DNA of 64,000 nt from contig CAZEAY010000002.1 in NCBI GenBank assembly GCA_964510655.1, positions 26,613 to 90,612 on the forward strand, given 5' to 3'. Below, one piece after another: positions 57,289-64,000 of the stretch (positions within the stretch are counted from its first letter, which is position 1; each line of letters begins with the position of its first letter). The stretch is from an uncultured Candidatus Saccharibacteria bacterium. GTDB lineage: Bacteria > Patescibacteriota > Minisyncoccia > Phycocordibacterales > XYD1-FULL-46-19. The notes under the pieces were generated by a model that was not told the DNA's origin, did no database searches, and worked only from the letters and a program-made list of their open reading frames with translations. A program made the translations under genes and the position numbers.

Positions 57289-57669
57289 CTATGGGGAGTT
57301 TTTTTTGATCATCTCGATGATGAAGTAAGGCACCTCGTCTTTACACACGGCTTGATTGCAACCACCCACATTGATGAGTTCGGTTCTCTTGCACTCATCA
57401 CAAGAGGCGGCGATCATAAAGCAGTGAGGGTTTTGCTGGCGAATGTCTTTGGCCAGCTCGGTTGTCGTGCGTCCCCCAGGGACATTTCCGTCGAGGATAG
57501 CGAAATCGATTGGTTCATTGTTCCTGATGATTGTTTCAGCCTCCATTATGTTGGAAGCTTCGAGGACATCGATGGGCTTTCCTGAGCTCTTCAGAATCAT
57601 CCGACACAAGTCTCGGATGCACTGATCGTCCTCAACAATCAAGATGACGGACCTTTTTGCCAGACCCAT
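57289..57669 (-). CDS. Single-domain response regulator receiver (atypical)
   Basis: ILIVEDD, FAILD (phospho-acceptor), IAAS, K near the C-terminus. Confidence 0.75.
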   Translation of the reverse strand: MGLAKRSVILIVEDDQCIRDLCRMILKSSGKPIDVLEASNIMEAETIIRNNEPIDFAILDGNVPGGRTTTELAKDIRQQNPHCFMIAASCDECKRTELINVGGCNQAVCKDEVPYFIIEMIKKNSP

Positions 57670-57866
57670 AACAATTCCTTTCTGTGTCTCATGATCAGAG
57701 ACCGACCAGGCTGTATATAGGTTACTTGTCTATTTTTTATGGTATACCTTTTGAAGGTAAAGTAAAGATTTATGAAGATATTTTTTCTGGTCAGTTTTGC
57801 GTGACTTATGTTTTTTCATGATATATTTAAGACAGGCTAAGTACATTACATAAGGAGAATCTCAAA

Positions 57867-58721
57867 ATGATTGGTTCAAATGAACGGTCCCTGGAACTAG
57901 GAGAAAAGCCAAATTGGCTAGCAGCGATTCCTTTTATGATTGTTAATCTGTTAGGGATTTATGGCCTGCGTTATGTTTTTACGAGTTGGTCGGTCGCGGT
58001 GGTAATGATCTCTCTTTATTTTGTCCGGATGTTTTTTATCACCGGATTTCAGCATCGGTATTTTTCTCATCGGTCATTTGTCATCACTCCGCGTTGGGGA
58101 GAAAAATTTGTTCGCGGGGTGCAGTTTCTCATGGCTCTGCTGGTTACTTCTTCAGCACAAAAGGGTGTCTTGTGGTGGGCGTCACATCACCGTCATCATC
58201 ATAAACATTCTGACACGGAAGAAGATGTCCACTCTCGTTTCTTGCGCGGATTTTACTGGTCGCATCTGGGTTGGATTTTGTGTCGTCGTTTTGATAAAAC
58301 CGATTCTCGTCTAATTCCCGATTTGGTTCGTTTCCCTGAATTGGTTTTCTTGGATCGACGACTGGGCTATCTAATCATGCCTGTTGTTTTGAGTCTTGTC
58401 TGTCTGTGGTTCGGTGGCTGGCCCATGTTGTGTGGAGGGTTTTTTACCAGCACCTTCTTTCTCTACCACGGGACATTCTCGATAAATTCTCTGGCCCACA
58501 TGTGGGGGACGCAACGTTATCAAACGGGAGATCAGAGTCGTAACTCACTTTTGTTGGCGATTATAACTATGGGGGAAGGTTGGCATAACAACCATCACTT
58601 TTCTCCTGGTTATGAACCACAAGCTCTGACTCGTTTCGAAAAATGCTTTGATTGGACCCACCAGATTTTGTATCTCATTAGTTTGACTGGGCTGATTAGT
58701 CTTCGGACAAAAAAAGCTTAG
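57867..58721 (+). CDS. Membrane fatty-acid (acyl-CoA delta-9-like) desaturase
   Basis: Three His boxes: HRYFSH, HRHHH, HNNHH; also FYWSH.GW, NSLAH, GEGW. Confidence 0.9.
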   Translation: MIGSNERSLELGEKPNWLAAIPFMIVNLLGIYGLRYVFTSWSVAVVMISLYFVRMFFITGFQHRYFSHRSFVITPRWGEKFVRGVQFLMALLVTSSAQKGVLWWASHHRHHHKHSDTEEDVHSRFLRGFYWSHLGWILCRRFDKTDSRLIPDLVRFPELVFLDRRLGYLIMPVVLSLVCLWFGGWPMLCGGFFTSTFFLYHGTFSINSLAHMWGTQRYQTGDQSRNSLLLAIITMGEGWHNNHHFSPGYEPQALTRFEKCFDWTHQILYLISLTGLISLRTKKA

Positions 58722-58886
58722 TCCTATTGGTCGTTTGACCGCCCCTTACCCACCGCCGGGTGAGGGGTTTTTATTTGACATTCTATCTCATTTCTGCTAT
58801 ACTTAAATTACAAAAGAGTGTGGTGAGAAAAAAAGAGTGTCGATTTTCATAGACTATTTTTGTATTTAGTAGAGTAAAAAAAATCA

Positions 58887-59084
58887 ATGACTGGAACAAT
58901 CAAGAAATTGACTGACAAAGGTTATGGTTTCATCTCTGGCGAAGGCTTGGCGAAGGACTTGTTCTTCCACAGCAATTCGTTGGTAGGTGTAAACTTTGAT
59001 GAACTTCGCGAAGGTGATGCTGTTTCTTTCGAAACAGAGGAATCTCCAAAGGGTTTGAATGCTGTAAACGTACAGCGCGCCTAA
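58887..59084 (+). CDS. cspA: Cold-shock domain protein
   Basis: KGYGFI, DLFFH, KGLNAVNV. Confidence 0.92.
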   Translation: MTGTIKKLTDKGYGFISGEGLAKDLFFHSNSLVGVNFDELREGDAVSFETEESPKGLNAVNVQRA

Positions 59085-59237
59085 TCAAGAAAAACAAAAA
59101 ACCGCCCGAGGGCGGTTTTTTGTTTTTCTGTAAAATCCCCACCATTTTTTTGGTCAGAAGAGTGCTTTCAATTGATGTCCATTTATTGTATAATCAAAGC
59201 TCATTTGAGAGGACTTTTAACTTTAACTGATAAAAAT

Positions 59238-61196
59238 ATGGCTAAACATAAAGATAATTTAAATATGAAAAGCGAACGCCCAGGCCGGTTGGCTGGTAAG
59301 TTTGCCCAACAAATTATCACCGGTCTTTTGATTTTGATGTTGGTAGTTAGCGCTTTTACTCTTTTTTCTGGTAAAGATAAGACAGCTACGGAAGTTATCC
59401 CTATTTCTCAGGTTGCTCGAGATATTTCCGCTGGTCAGGTGTCTAAGCTAATTGTTAAAGGAGACGAGGTTAATATTACTTATACTGATAAAACTCAAAA
59501 AAATTCTAAGAAAGAAGTAGAATCTAGTATTTCTGATACTTTAAAAAATTATGGTGTGACAGTGGAAGCGATGGATAAGGTGGCGATTGAAGTTAAAGAT
59601 CAGTCCAGTTTCAGTTTTTGGTTGGCTACTCTTACCCCCTTTCTCTTATCTTTTTTGATGATTGGTTTTATTATTTGGCTTCTGTCTCGTCAAGTGAAGG
59701 GGGCGAGTATGCAAGCTTTTACTTTTGGTCAGTCTCGAGCCCGCTTAGTTGATCCAAACGATCTCAGTCAAAAAGTTACTTTTAAAGATGTGGCCGGAGT
59801 TAAAGAAGCAAAAGAAGAATTGAAAGAGATTGTTGATTTTCTTAAAAACCCCAAAAAATTCTTGGAGATTGGCGCTCGTATTCCTAAGGGTGTTTTGTTG
59901 ATGGGTGGACCCGGAACAGGCAAGACTTTACTGGCCCGAGCTGTTGCCGGTGAAGCAGCCGTACCATTTTTATATTTGTCTGGTTCGGAATTCGTGGAAA
60001 TGTTTGTGGGAGTGGGAGCTTCTCGCGTCCGTGACTTATTTAAGATGGCAAAGAATATTGCTCCAGCTATTATTTTTATCGATGAAATTGATGCAATTGG
60101 CCGTCATCGTGGCAGTGGTATGGGGGGAGGTAATGATGAGCGTGAACAAACTCTAAATCAAATTTTGGTGGAGATGGATGGTTTTGAGCCTAATGAGAAA
60201 TTGATTGTTATGGCGGCTACTAACCGTCCCGATGTTTTGGATCCGGCTTTGTTGCGCCCTGGTCGTTTTGACCGACGAGTGACTTTGGATGCTCCAGATA
60301 TTAAAGATCGGCAAGAAATTTTAGCTATTCATGCCAAGAAAAAACCATTAGGTGAGGATGTGAATTTGCAGGTTATTTCGGAACGAACCCCTGGTTTTTC
60401 TGGAGCTGATTTAGCTAATCTAATGAACGAAGCGGCTATTCTGGCCGCACGTGAAGATCGTAAGAAAATTAGTCAGTATGATCTTATTCGTTCGGTGGAA
60501 AAAGTTATGTTGGGTCCAGAACGTAAAAGTCATATTCTTTCCAAACAAGAAAAGAAAATTACCGCTTATCATGAGATGGGACATGCTTTAGTGGCTTCTG
60601 TCTTACCTAATTCTGATCCTGTCCATAAAGTTTCTATTGTTTCTCGTGGTTATGCCGCTGGGTATACTTTGAAACTGCCATTTGAAGATCGCAAATTACA
60701 ATCGCGCAAAGAATTTCTAGATGACATCGCTGTTTCTTTGGCTGGTTATGCGGCTGAAACAATGATTTTTGGTGATATGACCACTGGAGCCTCTAACGAT
60801 ATTCAAGTATCCTCAGCTTTAGCTCGTGATATGGTTGCTCGTTATGGGATGAGTGATAAAATTGGACCCGTTGCTTTTGAGGCTGGTTCAAAAATGTCCA
60901 TGTCCCCGGTGGCGATGGGAGATCGTTATTCTTCGGAGTCGGTTGGTTCGGCGATTGATGCAGAAGTCTCACGAATTATGAAGGAGGGCTTGGACCGCGC
61001 CACAGAGGTTTTGTCGACACAAAAGAAAGCTTTGGATATGATGTCTCTTGAACTGATTAAGGTGGAAACATTAGAACGGGAGGAATTTGAAAAACTTCTA
61101 ATCTTAAATGGAATTAAACCCAAAACTTCTCGTAAAGATGAGCCACAAGAAGAACTAGTGATTACCCAAGATGGCGTTGAAACCGAAATCATTTAA
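59238..61196 (+). CDS. ftsH: ATP-dependent zinc metalloprotease FtsH
   Basis: Two TMs; GGPGTGKT; IIFIDEID; [13 protein letters not shown]; HEMGH. Confidence 0.96.
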   Translation: MAKHKDNLNMKSERPGRLAGKFAQQIITGLLILMLVVSAFTLFSGKDKTATEVIPISQVARDISAGQVSKLIVKGDEVNITYTDKTQKNSKKEVESSISDTLKNYGVTVEAMDKVAIEVKDQSSFSFWLATLTPFLLSFLMIGFIIWLLSRQVKGASMQAFTFGQSRARLVDPNDLSQKVTFKDVAGVKEAKEELKEIVDFLKNPKKFLEIGARIPKGVLLMGGPGTGKTLLARAVAGEAAVPFLYLSGSEFVEMFVGVGASRVRDLFKMAKNIAPAIIFIDEIDAIGRHRGSGMGGGNDEREQTLNQILVEMDGFEPNEKLIVMAATNRPDVLDPALLRPGRFDRRVTLDAPDIKDRQEILAIHAKKKPLGEDVNLQVISERTPGFSGADLANLMNEAAILAAREDRKKISQYDLIRSVEKVMLGPERKSHILSKQEKKITAYHEMGHALVASVLPNSDPVHKVSIVSRGYAAGYTLKLPFEDRKLQSRKEFLDDIAVSLAGYAAETMIFGDMTTGASNDIQVSSALARDMVARYGMSDKIGPVAFEAGSKMSMSPVAMGDRYSSESVGSAIDAEVSRIMKEGLDRATEVLSTQKKALDMMSLELIKVETLEREEFEKLLILNGIKPKTSRKDEPQEELVITQDGVETEII

Positions 61197-61896
61197 TATT
61201 TATAAGCGAGTCGGGGAAACTCCTCTGGAAGTGATTGAACGAATCCGGGTTAAGTTCCCGGATTTTTCAACTGAAAAAATGACTTATGCTGGGCGGTTAG
61301 ATCCAATGGCTGAAGGAGTGCTAGTCGTGTTGGTAGGGGAAGAATGTAAGAATAAGGAGAAGTATCTTGGTTTGGATAAAGAATATGAAGTGGAATTTTT
61401 GCTAGGAGTAGGGGCGGACACAGGAGATGTGATGGGTTTGGCACAATTATCTGAGGTAAAAAAAGAATTTACCTCATCAGAACTTGTCTCAGTTTTAGAT
61501 TCTTTGATTGGTAAAAAGAAACAAGTTTATCCAAAATATTCTTCCCCTATATTGGCTGGTCAGTCTGGAAGTTTTAAAGAAGTAGAAATAAAAAGTCTTA
61601 AATTTTTGAATCAGCAAAAAATTTCATCTAGCGATCTTTTAAACGAAATAAAGAGAAAAATAGAAATGGTAAATGGAGAATTTCGTCAGGCGGAGATTGT
61701 TGAACGATGGATAAAACTTTTAACCAAGGAACATTTTTTTACCTTGGTTAAATGTCGAGTATTTTGTACGAGCGGTACTTATATTCGCGTTCTAGCTGAA
61801 GATTTGGGTAATAAACTGGGAACAACTGCTTGCGTCTATTCTCTAAAAAGGATAAGGGTGGGTGATATTAAAGATGGTGATTGTTTGAGATTTTAG
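61171..61896 (+). CDS. truB: tRNA pseudouridine(55) synthase, shortened
   Basis: AGRLDPMAEGVL, K.YEV...LG...DTGD, C.SGTYIR.LA.DLG, L.R.RVG. Confidence 0.82.
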   Translation: MALKPKSFNIYKRVGETPLEVIERIRVKFPDFSTEKMTYAGRLDPMAEGVLVVLVGEECKNKEKYLGLDKEYEVEFLLGVGADTGDVMGLAQLSEVKKEFTSSELVSVLDSLIGKKKQVYPKYSSPILAGQSGSFKEVEIKSLKFLNQQKISSSDLLNEIKRKIEMVNGEFRQAEIVERWIKLLTKEHFFTLVKCRVFCTSGTYIRVLAEDLGNKLGTTACVYSLKRIRVGDIKDGDCLRF

Positions 61897-61969
61897 TGCA
61901 TGCGCCTGGACTCGAACCAGGGACCAGTCGTGTATAAGACGACGGCTCTACCAACTGAGCTACGCATGC
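61897..61969 (-). tRNA. tRNA-Ile(UAU); CCA not encoded
   Basis: Cloverleaf with acceptor GCATGCG/CGCATGC-A, D-arm GCTC/GAGC, anticodon arm GTCGT-CTTATAC-ACGAC, T-arm CCTGG-TTCGAGT-CCAGG. Confidence 0.88.
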
Positions 61970-62055
61970 ATTTTCTTGCTAAAATATACGCTAAAATGAG
62001 CCTTTTCGCAATCTAAGGTCAAACAAAAAACTCGCCAATTGGCGAGTTTTTTGAA

Positions 62056-62469
62056 TTAACTTTGGAATTCTATTTCAAATGGATACATGCCCATGCCACA
62101 AGTTCCTGCTAAAGTACCAACTGCACTGGTTCCGATTTCTATGTCGGTGATTCCAGAAGAGGGTAAAATTTTACTTATATTTAGACTGGGAATTCGAACT
62201 GACGAAGAACAGTCAAATGTGCCATTAGTATTAAATCTGATAATAGTTGGAAGACCCGCCTTAGCTACACTTTTTCTTGGTTGATAGCCACCTCTGGCTG
62301 TAATTTCTACCACCTGTTTGCCATCTACTAGACTAACATTGTTGGCAGGCAAAGAATATTCGGTTTCGTTTTTCGATTTTTCTACTGTTGGTGGATTTTT
62401 TAGAACAAAAGTCAAGGTTCCGCCGATTAGGATGATCGCAATAATAAGGGCTATGGTGGTTTGTTTCAT
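62056..62469 (-). CDS. Cupredoxin-domain protein
   Basis: GGYQP, DC, TCGMGM motif; N-terminal TM. Confidence 0.8.
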   Translation of the reverse strand: MKQTTIALIIAIILIGGTLTFVLKNPPTVEKSKNETEYSLPANNVSLVDGKQVVEITARGGYQPRKSVAKAGLPTIIRFNTNGTFDCSSSVRIPSLNISKILPSSGITDIEIGTSAVGTLAGTCGMGMYPFEIEFQS

Positions 62470-62482
62470 ATCGTTGATTATA

Positions 62483-63514
62483 TTAGAAATTGAAAACGGG
62501 CGATAGTACTCCGATGATGACTAAACTGTTGATGATATTAAAGAGAGCAAACATAATAACAATTAAGCCAGCCGTTTTGAAGAAAATTCTCTTTTTGGGA
62601 CTTTTTTCAAAACGGAAAGAACTAAAGCTAATTAGAGCTAGAGCGGGTAGAGTGCCAAGAGCAAAGGTTAACATTGTTAAACCTCCTTGAAGAAAGTTGC
62701 CAGTGGTCAGGGTATAAAGTTGCATTGACTGAGTAAATCCACAAGGTAGAAAGAAAGTCGCTATCCCCACCAACAAAGGGGTTAGAGAATGATTTAATTT
62801 TGAGACACGGTGGGCGCGCTTAGCTAAGAATTTCGGCATCGAGGGTGTGAGTTTTTTTGCCCAATGAAAGGTCTCTAGTAAATTAATGCCAAGAATAAGC
62901 ATCACTAGACCAATAACTAGATTCAAGATAAAAGTTACCGTGGAATTGAGAGTGAAAGCTGATCCAATGATGCCAATTACTCCACCTAAAATAAAGAACG
63001 ATACCAATCTTCCCAGATGGAATATTAGTTGAGGCTTTATTTTAGCTCCTTCTTTAGCAAAGGTGGCGGACATGGAAAGGAGTAAGCCTCCAACGACAGC
63101 CATACAGCTAGAAAGAGAGGCAATGAGACCAATTACAAAAGCCGTTCCATAAGTCACCGTTCTGGCATTAATCAGGTTCACAATTCCCATCTTTTGTAGG
63201 GCGACAAAAATAATAACAAATCCTAAAGCAATCGGAATAGCCACTTTAAATTCTTTCCAGTTTAGTTCGTGTTTTTGTTTGTCTATGGAGACGGTGTAGC
63301 CATGTGGTTTGAGGGGGATAGTAAGCTCCTCAGCAATTTGCTCTAGAGTTTTGTCACCAAAATTTCCCACTATTTCTATCGAATGGTTTTTTAAGCTTGA
63401 TTTGACTTGAGTGATATTTGGTAGATCTCCCAGTTCGTTTTCTGTTAGCAAGACACAGGCGTTACAGTGCATCCCGTGAACATGAAAGGTATATTTTTGG
63501 TTTAAGTTTGTCAT
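62483..63514 (-). CDS. HMA domain plus DsbD_2/TauE-like membrane protein
   Basis: GMHCNAC; SSCMA.VGG; GRL.S; FFLPCGFTQ; FALGT.P. Confidence 0.82.
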   Translation of the reverse strand: MTNLNQKYTFHVHGMHCNACVLLTENELGDLPNITQVKSSLKNHSIEIVGNFGDKTLEQIAEELTIPLKPHGYTVSIDKQKHELNWKEFKVAIPIALGFVIIFVALQKMGIVNLINARTVTYGTAFVIGLIASLSSCMAVVGGLLLSMSATFAKEGAKIKPQLIFHLGRLVSFFILGGVIGIIGSAFTLNSTVTFILNLVIGLVMLILGINLLETFHWAKKLTPSMPKFLAKRAHRVSKLNHSLTPLLVGIATFFLPCGFTQSMQLYTLTTGNFLQGGLTMLTFALGTLPALALISFSSFRFEKSPKKRIFFKTAGLIVIMFALFNIINSLVIIGVLSPVFNF

Positions 63515-63517
63515 TGT

Positions 63518-64000
63518 TTATATTTTTTTAGTTTTGATTCTAAGAGAGTTGGAGACTACTGAAACCGAAGATAGGGCCATGGCTAGGCCAGCAAAAATCG
63601 GATTTAATAACCAGCCGAATACTGGGTATAAGACTCCGGCTGCCAAAGGAATGCCGACAATATTATAAATAAAGGCCCAAAATAGATTTTGTTTGATTCC
63701 CCGCATGGTTATTTTGGATAGTTTTATCGCTTTGACTAACTTAGAGATGTCACCACCAAGTAGGGTAATACCAGCCGATTCAATTGCGACATCTGTTCCT
63801 GTCCCCATTGCAATGCCAACATCCGCCTGGGCAAGAGCTGGAGCATCGTTGACTCCGTCACCAGCCATGGCCACCACCTCTCCTTTTGATTGTAGTTCTT
63901 TTATTTTTTTGAGCTTGTCTGCCGGGAGAACATTGGCCACTACATTATCAATGCCAACTAGTGAGCCAATATACTTAGCTGTCCGTTCATCGTCGCCGGT
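63518..64000 (-). CDS. copA: Heavy-metal (Cu) P1B-type ATPase, C-terminal part only (runs off the window)
   Basis: [42 protein letters not shown]. Confidence 0.88.
   Translation of the reverse strand, partial: TGDDERTAKYIGSLVGIDNVVANVLPADKLKKIKELQSKGEVVAMAGDGVNDAPALAQADVGIAMGTGTDVAIESAGITLLGGDISKLVKAIKLSKITMRGIKQNLFWAFIYNIVGIPLAAGVLYPVFGWLLNPIFAGLAMALSSVSVVSNSLRIKTKKI

Noticed and set aside
59134-59145. ATCCCCACCAT as an attR copy of the tmRNA 3' end (ATTCCCACCAT)
   Set aside because: Only 10/11 nt match and no integrase is present; not enough to define an island.
1864-62690. Many short antisense or alternate-frame ORFs overlapping known genes (for example 2246-2839, 7813-8271, 24003-24473, 39728-40081)
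   Set aside because: Shadow ORFs caused by codon bias; no motifs or independent expression signals.
1-64000. CRISPR array, rRNA, RNase P or SRP RNA, integrase or transposase, prophage
   Set aside because: No regularly spaced repeats or diagnostic motifs were seen; the fibre-like genes lack any phage structural neighbours.

Overview
This is a 64-kb, AT-rich, mostly plus-strand segment of a small-genome bacterium using genetic code 11. It is most likely Patescibacteria/CPR (Parcubacteria-like): rpmD/L30 is missing from the spc cluster, core genes lack Shine-Dalgarno sites, and it has a type IV pilus cluster, a split ComEC and large Cys/Thr-rich secreted proteins. In order it carries: two paralogous fibre/adhesin-like genes; a pilB-pilC-minor pilin operon; tpiA-pgk; HIT; recJ-rnhA; a speD-like gene; the comEC pair; rpmB; a site-2 protease; the str/S10/spc ribosomal cluster broken up by several inserted genes; secY-adk-map-ndk; a probable 6S RNA; a beta-CASP nuclease; a LOG protein; two large surface proteins; infC-rpmI-rplT; smpB-tmRNA; a receiver protein; a fatty-acid desaturase; csp; ftsH; truB; tRNA-Ile(UAU); and a copper-resistance cluster cut by the window end. 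The strongest novel signal is a family of hairpin-forming miniature elements, two of 133 bp and one degenerate of 102 bp. Each sits exactly at a start codon (recJ, rplC, secY), is flanked by a TGAA duplication, and supplies the A of the ATG with its own last base. Other notable signals are a shared C-terminal motif on the secreted proteins, strong SD sites only on solitary accessory genes, a structured rpsS leader, an in-frame palindrome in recJ, 7-bp periodic repeats, a desaturase and a UAU-anticodon tRNA. All calls come from reading the sequence by eye; no database searches were run.
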